In this document: piece after piece, positions 18,882 through 27,389 of the stretch
Layout: every line of letters starts with the position of its first letter
Position numbering within the stretch: the stretch's first letter is position 1
Assembly: GCA_016212095.1 (NCBI GenBank)
Contig: JACRHH010000027.1
Location: forward strand, 23,880 to 87,879
Direction of reading: 5' to 3'
Origin: Nitrospirota bacterium
GTDB lineage: Bacteria > Nitrospirota > Thermodesulfovibrionia > SZUA-242
DNA length: 64,000 bases
Program-made: the position numbers and the translations under genes
Notes under the pieces: generated by a model
Told to the model about the DNA's origin: nothing
Databases searched by the model: none
Seen by the model: only the letters and a program-made list of their open reading frames with translations

Positions 18882-19474
18882 GCCTTGTTCATCGTTTCAA
18901 GCTCATGATTTCTTCGTTCGAGATGCTCGTGATACTTGCGCAGTTCTCTATTGGATTCTTCCAGGCGTTTTCCGGCAAGTCCCATCTCGCCAATAATGCG
19001 GGCAAGACGCGTGAAGAATTCCATCATAATCCGCACCTGCTGCTCGGAGAAGACAGGGACTTTGTGCAACGCATCAAGATAGCTTCTCTTGTCAAAACCG
19101 AATTCTTCCGCCTGGACGACGAATGGTTCCTCGTTCGGGGATTGAAAAAAGAACTGGCCGGTGAAAAAATTGGCAATATGTTCTCCGCCGACAATAATGG
19201 GCACGGCAACATCAACCAGGCCGTTCTTGCATTTGTAGACGTTATAGGTTTCCCCCTTTTTCAATTGACCGGCAAGGACGGTATCGCTCTCTGTGCAGCG
19301 GCATGCCGTTTGAGGATTCACTCGATGAAAACGTGTGCATATATCCTGCCAGCCGGTAGCTACAAGGATATTGCCTTCCAGGTCAAGAATGGCCGTCACT
19401 GCGTCGGTGAAAGCGGTGAAACTCTCGCACAGCTCCCGTAACTCGTTGATGTCAACAAGCTCTACAAACTTCAT
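18794..19474 (-). CDS. PocR sensory-domain protein ending in the shared tail
   Basis: The N-terminus ...LRELCESFTAFTDAVTAILDLEGNILVATGWQDICTRFHRVNPQTACRCTESD is PocR-like. C-terminus ...HELETMNKAFVGRELRMLELKERIKELEKQQTSGGQA. Confidence 0.8.
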   Translation of the reverse strand: MKFVELVDINELRELCESFTAFTDAVTAILDLEGNILVATGWQDICTRFHRVNPQTACRCTESDTVLAGQLKKGETYNVYKCKNGLVDVAVPIIVGGEHIANFFTGQFFFQSPNEEPFVVQAEEFGFDKRSYLDALHKVPVFSEQQVRIMMEFFTRLARIIGEMGLAGKRLEESNRELRKYHEHLERRNHELETMNKAFVGRELRMLELKERIKELEKQQTSGGQA

Positions 19475-19521
19475 GGAATCTCCACTTTGGCATATCTTTC
19501 AATGAGTTGATCAAATGAATA

Positions 19522-19614
19522 GCCGGTCATGCCTGACCTCCCGACGTCTGTTGTTTCTCCAACTCCTTGATCCGCTCCTTCAATTCCAACATCCGCAATT
19601 CCCGGCCCACGAAC
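19522..19614. repeat. 93-bp perfect direct repeat, copy B (3' end of the 7TM-PAS-tail gene)
   Basis: Identical to 18789..18881. It covers the last 29 codons, the stop and 5 nt downstream. Confidence 0.95.
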
Positions 19615-21038
19615 AGCTTGTTTATTTTTTCCAGTTCTGCGTTTTTAGCTTCAAGCTCTGAGGTTCTGTCCTTAACACGCTGTTCGAGCTCTTCGTTGAA
19701 CCTCCTCAATTCTTTTTCCGCCCGCTTGCGTTCGGTGATGTCGCGTATGAAAACCGCCGCTCCGACAATCACTCCGTCTTGATTGACAGGGTTCCAGATG
19801 AACTCGTAATAGATATTCAGCCCCGGCTGGTGTTGAACCTCTGCAAACACTTCCCCTCGCAAGGCCCGGTCGATGCTCTGCCTGGCTAAATTCCTCAATT
19901 CAGGAATCTTCATGCAGTCGAGCAGATTCATGCCAACCTTGATGTCGGCATCCCACACTTTCTTCATTTCCTCCTGATGCTTTTCGTTAAACGCGGTGTA
20001 ACAGTAATCCCTGTCCAATGAAAAAATAATGATATCCTGGGAGCTGTTCAGAATGGCGGTCAACAAAGCATGATGGGCCTGCAACTGCTGTTCCGCCTGC
20101 CTGCGCTCGGTGATCTCTTTCTCAAGCTCTTCGTTGGCGGCTTTAAGTTCAGATGTACGTTCACCGACTTGCCAGTCCAGATTGTCGCGGGCCTTCTGGA
20201 GTGTCTCTTCAGCCTGCTTGAGGTCTCTGAAAACCAGTTCAAAAGGCTCCTTGAAGCCGGTTACGAGTATTGCCCGGTAAACAAGGTAGAAGGCGGCAAG
20301 CTTGGCAAAGTGGCCAACCATGTTTGCTAAGCCGTACACGCTCACGTAGGCGGTGAACGACAGTTCGGAAAGGATGGTGCAGGCTATCGATGAAGCAACC
20401 AGAAAATACACCCTGTCGCTGAAATGCTTCCGCTCTCTGGAGAATAGATACAACGCGGCCAGAAGAGCGGCGGATACCACGTATTCGCTGCCTATCTTGA
20501 ACGTGGTAAGCCCTTTGCCCTCGATGAAGCAGTCGGGAAAATTGCCGGAGTAGATCATCGCCGCAAGCCCTGCAACAGCCGCCGCGTATCCTCCGAAAAG
20601 GGAGTGGTTGCTCATCCGGCGCTCCATGAACAGCGGCGCGGCAAAAAGGGTGACTGCTTGCAGATAGCGCGCCGCGATCCAGAGCTGGGTAGGCAGGTTT
20701 GCTCCATAGCCGGGGAATACTCCCATGCCTTTGTAGGCTATGGCATGGAGCAGGTCGATCAGGGCGATGAAGCCATAGCCGACGCCGAGCATCCGGAGAT
20801 AGTTGCTTGCCAGATACTTGCGCGTGTTCCAGGTGAGGATGAAAAGCGTAAAGGCAACGGCAATGGTTACGATCTCGATGAGGCTGTGGAACAGAAGATA
20901 GCTGTAGAGGCTGCTGAGGTAAAGCCCCAGAACCACCGCGGAAATCACGCCGGTGTAGTAGAACCTTTCCGGTATTTTACTGCCCGGCATGCTCAGCCCC
21001 CGTAGAAAGCTTGTTTTCACCCCTGCCGGTAGAGCCAT
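19527..21038 (-). CDS. Polytopic membrane (about 7 TM) sensor + PAS protein ending in the shared tail
   Basis: The N-terminal region of about 260 aa has multiple hydrophobic helices (MASE/7TMR-like), followed by PAS. C-terminus ...DRTSELEAKNAELEKINKLFVGRELRMLELKERIKELEKQQTSGGQA. The alternative start ATG 20990 would remove the overlap with the upstream kinase. Confidence 0.8.
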   Translation of the reverse strand: MALPAGVKTSFLRGLSMPGSKIPERFYYTGVISAVVLGLYLSSLYSYLLFHSLIEIVTIAVAFTLFILTWNTRKYLASNYLRMLGVGYGFIALIDLLHAIAYKGMGVFPGYGANLPTQLWIAARYLQAVTLFAAPLFMERRMSNHSLFGGYAAAVAGLAAMIYSGNFPDCFIEGKGLTTFKIGSEYVVSAALLAALYLFSRERKHFSDRVYFLVASSIACTILSELSFTAYVSVYGLANMVGHFAKLAAFYLVYRAILVTGFKEPFELVFRDLKQAEETLQKARDNLDWQVGERTSELKAANEELEKEITERRQAEQQLQAHHALLTAILNSSQDIIIFSLDRDYCYTAFNEKHQEEMKKVWDADIKVGMNLLDCMKIPELRNLARQSIDRALRGEVFAEVQHQPGLNIYYEFIWNPVNQDGVIVGAAVFIRDITERKRAEKELRRFNEELEQRVKDRTSELEAKNAELEKINKLFVGRELRMLELKERIKELEKQQTSGGQA

Positions 21039-24000
21039 ACCCGCAGAAGCGAAAGCAACTTTTCCATGTCGAGCGGCTTGGAGATATAGTCATCCGCCCC
21101 TGCCTGAATGCATTTCTCCTGATCGCCGGCCATTGCCTTGGCGGTCATGGCAATGACCGGAAGGTTCCTGAACCGGGGATCGAGGCGTATCTTGCGAATA
21201 GCCGCGTAGCCGTCCATCTCCGGCATCATGATGTCCATGAGCACAATGTTCACGTCCGGATGCTCTGCGATCCTCTCCAACGCCTCCCTGCCGTTTTCAG
21301 CCTCCAGCACTACCATGTTTTTGCCGGAGAGGATGCTTGAGAGGGAGAAGACATTGCGCATGTCGTCATCCACCAGCAGCACTTTTTTGCCGTCGAGCAT
21401 GGCTTCCTTGTCGAGCGCGGCGCGTATCATCCGCTGCTTGTCGCGGGGCAGGTCGTTTTCGACCATATGGAGAAAAAGCGTCACCTCATTCAGGAGGCGT
21501 TCCGGGCCCTTGGCCCCCTTGATGATGATGCTCTTTGCATAATGTTGCAGCTTCAGCTCTTCTTCATGCGAGAGGTCGCGGCCTGTGTGTATGATGACCG
21601 GAATGCGGCGGAGCGTTTCATCCTTGTGGATATGTTCAAGGAGATCGAAGCCCGACATGTCCGTCAGGCCGAGATCAAGGACGATGCAATCGATCTGTTC
21701 GCGGCCAAGAACGGCAATCGCTTCTCCGCCGGTAGCGGCAACGCTGATTTCGAGGTTGCGATCCTGAAGCAGGCAGGTCATGCCGTCAGCCTCGCTCTTG
21801 TTGTCCTCGATGATAAGCAGTCTTCTCATTGTTCTGGCAACACTCTGCTCTATGCTGCCGAATACCTCTTCAAGCTGCTTCGGCGTGACCGGTTTTGTAA
21901 AATAACCCACCGCGCCCATCGCCATTCCCTTCTGGCGTTCGTCGAGACATGTGATGAAATGAACGGGGATATGCCGGGTGGCCGGATTGTCCTTGAGACT
22001 GCGCATCACGCCCCAGCCGTCCATGCCGGGCAGCATAACGTCGAGTATTACCGCGCTTGGCTGGTATATGTCGGCAAGATGAATGCCGCTGGTGCCGTCG
22101 GCAGCCACAAGGCAGCCGAACCCTTTATCCCTCACCATGACCATCAGCGTCTTGGCGAAATTGAGGTCGTCCTCGATTATCAATATGCTTCTGTCGCCTC
22201 TGTTTAGCCTCTGCCTGTCATCCGGAAGCGGCTGCGTGATTTGCGTGGAGACGCATTGCAATGCGTCTCTGCCGGCAGGCATTTCTGCTTTTTTGGGCTT
22301 CAATGCGCCCGGCGTTGCTCTTTGCATGTCCACGTCTTTTCCGGCAACAGGAAGATAAAGCGTGAAGGCGCTTCCCTTGCCGCGCTCGCTTTCAAGCGTA
22401 ATGTTGCCTCCCATCCTGCGGGCAAGCTGCATGGATATGGACAACCCCAGCCCCGTCCCGCCGAACTTTCGGCTGGTGCTGCCGTCGGCCTGCTGGAAAG
22501 CCTGAAAGACCAGTTCCTGCTTCTCCTTCTCTATGCCCATGCCGGTGTCCCTCACGCTGAACGCAACCGCCGGAACCGGCAACGGATTCGCATTGTCTGC
22601 GGGGGCCGAAATGCTCAGGATTACCGAGCCTTTTTCGGTGAACTTGAAGGCATTCGAGAGCAGGTTTTTAAGAATCTGCTGCGCGCGCTGCTCGTCCATC
22701 CGTATTGTTTTTGGTGCGCTTGCCTCGACAATCAGTTTGAAGTCCAGCCCCTTCCTCTCGGCCTGCTGCCTGAACATATCGTCGAGGGGCTCGCAAAACT
22801 CGCCGGTCTCCACGTCTTCATAAACCAGATCAAGCCGCCCGGCCTCAACCTTCGAAAGGTCGAGAATATCGTTTATCAGGTTAAGCAGGTCTTTCCCGGC
22901 GCTGTTTATGGTTGCGGCAAACTCCCTCTGCTTCTCCGTCAGCGTGCCTTCCTTGTTCTCCATGAGAAGGGTGGAAAGTATCATCATGCTGTTTAGCGGG
23001 GTGCGGAGTTCATGCGACATGTTGGCAAGGAATTCCGACTTGTAGGCGCTGACCTTCTCAACCTCGGCGGCCTTGCGCATCAGCTCGGCGCTTGCCGCCT
23101 CAATTTCCTGATTCTTGGCCTGTATCTGCTTTCTCTGCTGATCTAGCATCTCGGCGCGCTCTTCCAGTTCCTCATTGGTCTGTTGCAACTCTTCCTGCTG
23201 CACCCTCAGCTCTTCCGTCTGCTGCTGTGTCTGTTCCAGAAGCTCGTTTATCCTCTGCCGCGAGTGCGATACCCCAAGCCCGATGGCAATGCCCTCCATC
23301 GCCTGATTCAGGAAATCGAGCTCCTTGTCGCTGAACGGCCTGAAGGTGGCAAGTTCCACGGCGGCCACAAGTTGTTCGTCATGGACAAGCGGCAGCGCGA
23401 CAATGTTGCCGGGCGCAGACTCGCCCAGCGCGGAGCCGATCTGGAAGTAATCGGGTGGAACATTGGAAAGGCAGATCATCTTTTTTTCAAGCGCTGCCTG
23501 GCCAATAAGTGCTTCTCCGGGCTTGAAGCGGTCGCCAAGATGCTTGCGGCGGATGAATGCGTATGTGGCCGTGAGCACAAGGGCCTGCTCCTTCTCCTCA
23601 TACATGTAGAAGGCTCCGGATCCGGCGCTAAGATATTCGGCAAGGAAGGTCAGCACCTTGTCGGCTATTTCGGCGGTCTTCTGGTCTCCGCGCATCAGGG
23701 AGTTCAGTTCGTTCAGGCCGGTTTTCAGCCAGTCGCGACGCTGTTCCTCCTCGCGGCTCCGGCGCAGCGATTCGGTCATGCGGGCAAAAGCCATGTCAAG
23801 CGAGGACTGGATTTCGCTCATGCCGACTATCGCTTTCAGCAACATGCCGGCTTCGTCCCTGCCGATCCGGTCAGGCTCGAATTGCAATGGCTCGGCAACG
23901 GTTACATCCCGGCTTAAGTCGCCGGCGGCGATAGCCTCCACCAGATGAGCCTTTTCCTTTCCCCCTTCCTGCTGCAACCGGACGGATTCCAGCACCATGC

Positions 24001-24658
24001 TCAAGGGGTTGACGACGCTGCGGCTGATAAGCACGGCTATGATTGCCGCAAGCAATGATGCGCTGAATGCCAGAACGAGCATGACCCTGCCTGTCATGAC
24101 CGCTGTGGCGGTATCCTGATCCGAGAGTTTCCTGGCGGCTCCGGCCAGATAATTCGACAGAACCTCGATTTTAGCGATCATCTCCTTCTCTGTTTCATAG
24201 GAATCGCCGGTCAGGTATTCGAAGGCTTCCTTGTCCTTGTTCTGCCTTGCAAGCGCAAGGACATTCCCCTGGTGCCGGATATAGTCCTTGCGGGTTTCCA
24301 TGAAAGCGTCAAGCAAGCTCTTTGCCTCGGCGTCCGGCAGGGCCTTTTCCAGCTCCTCTGCCGCCTTGCCCACCACTTCACGGAATTTCAATACCCGGCC
24401 TTCGTAATACTCGATTCTCGTTGGATCCTGTTCCATGACGATCTCACGAATATTTGCCCGAACCCTCTGGAAATTCGAACTGACATCGCCGATCAAGTCC
24501 AGCGCCACAACCCCTTTCTCGTAGAGTCTGGTGTCGGCCTCGCGCATCTTGTTTATCTGGACATAGCTGAAAATTCCGATGGCCAGGGTAATGACAACCA
24601 CAACCGCATATCCTGTAAGCAGCTTGTCCCTTATTTTAAGATTCGCATACCAGCTCAT
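21017..24658 (-). CDS. Hybrid sensor histidine kinase (4-helix-bundle/TM sensor, HAMP, GAF, coiled coil, HisKA, HATPase, three receiver domains)
   Basis: H-box FLANMSHELRTPLNSM. DTGMGI, GGTGLGLSI. Three receivers (ILIIEDDLNF.., LLIIEDNKSE.., VLLVDDDMRN..MDIMMPEMDG). ATGA overlap with the upstream gene. Confidence 0.9.
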   Translation of the reverse strand: MSWYANLKIRDKLLTGYAVVVVITLAIGIFSYVQINKMREADTRLYEKGVVALDLIGDVSSNFQRVRANIREIVMEQDPTRIEYYEGRVLKFREVVGKAAEELEKALPDAEAKSLLDAFMETRKDYIRHQGNVLALARQNKDKEAFEYLTGDSYETEKEMIAKIEVLSNYLAGAARKLSDQDTATAVMTGRVMLVLAFSASLLAAIIAVLISRSVVNPLSMVLESVRLQQEGGKEKAHLVEAIAAGDLSRDVTVAEPLQFEPDRIGRDEAGMLLKAIVGMSEIQSSLDMAFARMTESLRRSREEEQRRDWLKTGLNELNSLMRGDQKTAEIADKVLTFLAEYLSAGSGAFYMYEEKEQALVLTATYAFIRRKHLGDRFKPGEALIGQAALEKKMICLSNVPPDYFQIGSALGESAPGNIVALPLVHDEQLVAAVELATFRPFSDKELDFLNQAMEGIAIGLGVSHSRQRINELLEQTQQQTEELRVQQEELQQTNEELEERAEMLDQQRKQIQAKNQEIEAASAELMRKAAEVEKVSAYKSEFLANMSHELRTPLNSMMILSTLLMENKEGTLTEKQREFAATINSAGKDLLNLINDILDLSKVEAGRLDLVYEDVETGEFCEPLDDMFRQQAERKGLDFKLIVEASAPKTIRMDEQRAQQILKNLLSNAFKFTEKGSVILSISAPADNANPLPVPAVAFSVRDTGMGIEKEKQELVFQAFQQADGSTSRKFGGTGLGLSISMQLARRMGGNITLESERGKGSAFTLYLPVAGKDVDMQRATPGALKPKKAEMPAGRDALQCVSTQITQPLPDDRQRLNRGDRSILIIEDDLNFAKTLMVMVRDKGFGCLVAADGTSGIHLADIYQPSAVILDVMLPGMDGWGVMRSLKDNPATRHIPVHFITCLDERQKGMAMGAVGYFTKPVTPKQLEEVFGSIEQSVARTMRRLLIIEDNKSEADGMTCLLQDRNLEISVAATGGEAIAVLGREQIDCIVLDLGLTDMSGFDLLEHIHKDETLRRIPVIIHTGRDLSHEEELKLQHYAKSIIIKGAKGPERLLNEVTLFLHMVENDLPRDKQRMIRAALDKEAMLDGKKVLLVDDDMRNVFSLSSILSGKNMVVLEAENGREALERIAEHPDVNIVLMDIMMPEMDGYAAIRKIRLDPRFRNLPVIAMTAKAMAGDQEKCIQAGADDYISKPLDMEKLLSLLRVWLYRQG

Positions 24659-26214
24659 GTTGTTAACCCTCCTGCGCCTGAACGCCCGGTTTTGTTCTCC
24701 AGCTCCGCTATCTTCTTCTTGAGTTCAATCATCCTGAGTTCCCTGCCCACGAACATCCGGTTCATCCGCTCCAGCTCCGCGTTCTTGTCCTCCAGTTCGG
24801 TCGTACGCTCTTTTATGCGCATGTCGAGTTCCTCGTTGAGCATTCGCAACGATTCCTCCGCCCGCTTGCGCTCGTCCAACAGATGAATGCGGTCGAGCGT
24901 GACCGCCATGTGGCTTGCCAGGGCGCACAGGTATTCCTGTTCGGATGTTGTGGGCATCCGCGCGCCCTCATCGCCGAACGTACCCGTTCCCACCGATCCC
25001 ATGTGTTTGTCCATGAGGAAAATAGGGATATTGACGATTGTCCTGTTTCCCAGTTTCGCCACGATCTTCTTGTCGGTTCGTTCGTCCGTGCGCGCATCCT
25101 CGACAACCACAATGTTTTTTGCCTCCGCAATCTCTTCGAGCATCCGGTCGCCCCGGATGGTGAGCGTTGCCGCGCCTTCCTCCGACAGAATGGCATCAGC
25201 CATCGCCCCCTCGGCCATAAGCGCCTTCGCGTATTGCTTGTCCTCGGTAAAAAGATACGCCCACAGGTTCTGATAACCGATGATCGCGCGGACTTCATCG
25301 CGCGCCGCGTTCAGTACCTCGGCGTAATTCCGTGCTGTTTCCAGCCTTCTGGAGAGGCGAAGCAGCGATTGCGTGAAACGTTCCTGCTCGCGCAATGCCT
25401 CCTCGCTTCGCATGAGCGCCTCATGCGAAGCTGCCCGCTCCATGATGAATCGCCTGCCTTTGGCAAAGAAAAGGCCGAGCATTGCCGAGCCGAGCAGCCA
25501 GATGGCAAGGTGAGAAAGGAGAACCGCATTTGCCGCCTTCTTCTCCATGGCCTGATACTGGGCCATCGGCACGTTGACGCCCACGCCGCCCCTGACATCG
25601 CCAGCCTTGTATCCCTGATGCGCATGACATTTGAGGCATCCTGCTTGCGCCACCATGGGGCGCATCAGCCGGAGGCTCTTTTTCCCGTCATGTTCGGTGA
25701 TGGCAAAAAACTCCTTCGCGCCATGCTCAAATGCCGTCAGCGCCTCGCGTTCCCATGGATCGGGCGCGTTTGCCGGATTCAGCGGCTTGAGGCTGGTTAT
25801 GCGTCCCTTGATACCGTAGAGTTCATCGAAGTCGGACATCAACTGACGCACCATGTATGCCGGGTTCATCAGTGTGAGCCGCTTGCCTGATGGCAGCGTG
25901 ATGTCACGATCCGGGATGTGGCTCAGATACGGATTGGGCGGGGTCTGCACGGTCGGCGGCACATAGACACCTCCATGCTTTGTTCCCCACAGGCGAAAGG
26001 CCATGTCCTTGTTGAAATTGGAGACGGCCTCTTTCTTTGCGAGCGCAAATGTCTGCTCGTGCTCGTTGTATACGTTCCATGAAGCCGAGCCGATGACAGT
26101 GGCTGTCCAGATGAGCGCCGCCGCTGCGGATATCCGGTGGAAATATGTGAGCCCGTTATCATTTTTGGCGTTCATTGTCGTGTTCCTGGCGCATCGGTCT
26201 ATCCGGTTTATCAT
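24655..26214 (-). CDS. Tll0287-like/DUF3365 (CxxCH haem-c) periplasmic sensor + TM + GAF protein ending in the shared tail
   Basis: ...RLMRPMVAQAGCLKCHAHQGYKAGDVRGGVGVNVP (CxxCH), TM, and a GAF-like region. C-terminus ...ERTTELEDKNAELERMNRMFVGRELRMIELKKKIAELEN. Alternative start 26175. Confidence 0.8.
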   Translation of the reverse strand: MINRIDRCARNTTMNAKNDNGLTYFHRISAAAALIWTATVIGSASWNVYNEHEQTFALAKKEAVSNFNKDMAFRLWGTKHGGVYVPPTVQTPPNPYLSHIPDRDITLPSGKRLTLMNPAYMVRQLMSDFDELYGIKGRITSLKPLNPANAPDPWEREALTAFEHGAKEFFAITEHDGKKSLRLMRPMVAQAGCLKCHAHQGYKAGDVRGGVGVNVPMAQYQAMEKKAANAVLLSHLAIWLLGSAMLGLFFAKGRRFIMERAASHEALMRSEEALREQERFTQSLLRLSRRLETARNYAEVLNAARDEVRAIIGYQNLWAYLFTEDKQYAKALMAEGAMADAILSEEGAATLTIRGDRMLEEIAEAKNIVVVEDARTDERTDKKIVAKLGNRTIVNIPIFLMDKHMGSVGTGTFGDEGARMPTTSEQEYLCALASHMAVTLDRIHLLDERKRAEESLRMLNEELDMRIKERTTELEDKNAELERMNRMFVGRELRMIELKKKIAELENKTGRSGAGGLTT

Positions 26215-26310
26215 CCTTGCGATTATTCCAGCTTACCTCACATCAAACGGAATGCAATGGCATCACGACGCATGAACAGGATAAGATATGCGGATGAAAC
26301 GGAGACTTTC

Positions 26311-26841
26311 ATGAGCCGTTGCCCTTGCGAAGCCGACTTGCCGCCGGTTATCCGGTCTGTCGGATTTGTCTGCACCGGCAATATCTGCCGTAGCGCGATG
26401 GCCGAGGCGATCCTGAAGGATCTTCTTCCGGACAATGCCGAACTCCGCGTTCTGTCGTTCGGCACGCTTGCAAGGCCCGGAAACCCGGCAACCGACGGAA
26501 CCGTCATCACGGCACGTGAAACCGGACTTGATCTCTCCAGTCACCGCGCCACGCCGCTGTCGGCTGATGCCGTGAAGTCGCTGGATCTGATCCTTACCAT
26601 GGAGAGCCATCACCGGTTCGACGTGCTGAACATCGCTCCCGAAGCCGACGGCCCAGACGTTGACGGAAAAATATTCAACCTTGGATGTTTCGCTCCGGAC
26701 GATCCGTCGGCGTTTCGCGAAATCGAAGACCCCTACGGCGGAAGCCTGCACGACTACAGGCGGTGCTTCATGGATATACGCGAATGCATGGGCAGCCTGG
26801 TTGATTTTCTTGAGCCACGGCTATTGAGGAAACCGGACTGA
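26311..26841 (+). CDS. Low-molecular-weight protein-tyrosine phosphatase
   Basis: P-loop VGFVCTGNICRSAMAE (CxGNxCRS) and a DP motif (IEDPYGG). GGAG 6 nt upstream of ATG 26311 (the ORF track starts earlier, at 26137). Confidence 0.85.
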   Translation: MSRCPCEADLPPVIRSVGFVCTGNICRSAMAEAILKDLLPDNAELRVLSFGTLARPGNPATDGTVITARETGLDLSSHRATPLSADAVKSLDLILTMESHHRFDVLNIAPEADGPDVDGKIFNLGCFAPDDPSAFREIEDPYGGSLHDYRRCFMDIRECMGSLVDFLEPRLLRKPD

Positions 26842-26854
26842 CGCTTCCAGCGCG

Positions 26855-27343
26855 TTACAGTGAATAAAGCTCCTCATCGTGAGCCGGAGGCCGGTTTGAA
26901 ACGCTTTTCGGCCCGGTTTTCATGCCGATAACAGGCTCTTCGCCCTCGATCATGCCGCCAAGTTCCGCCTCAACCGCTTCCGGGTCTTCACCCGCTTCCA
27001 TGCGCCGAAGCGCCTCCTCCATTCCGGGGCCAAGGCTGATGCCGGTCATGTCGGTAAGCTTGCGCATCAGGTTCACCGCCTGACGCGGATCGTTTTCGTC
27101 GATGCGCTCGGCTTCCGACGCCAGCGACGCCATGGCGCGTTCGAGCTTCGATTCGTCGATGTCCGGCATTCCGTCCTCGCCGCCGTCCCTGGCCCCTCGC
27201 GGCGCGGCGAACATAGAAACCTTGCGATCCAGTCCGGCGCGTCCGCAACGCGGACAGTCGGGCCGCTTCTCGGTGTTGATGCGGGTTGAAAAGAAATTGA
27301 ATATCCTGTGGCAATCGGAACAGTAAAATTCGTAAATCGGCAT
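26855..27343 (-). CDS. FmdB-family zinc-ribbon protein with acidic tail
   Basis: MPIYEFYCSDCHRIFNFF...CPRCG (CxxC...CxxC) N-terminus typical of the FmdB family. Confidence 0.8.
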   Translation of the reverse strand: MPIYEFYCSDCHRIFNFFSTRINTEKRPDCPRCGRAGLDRKVSMFAAPRGARDGGEDGMPDIDESKLERAMASLASEAERIDENDPRQAVNLMRKLTDMTGISLGPGMEEALRRMEAGEDPEAVEAELGGMIEGEEPVIGMKTGPKSVSNRPPAHDEELYSL

Positions 27344-27389
27344 GTCTATTGAGTTTCCTCCATGGTCCGATATGTTTTCCGTCGGGCCG

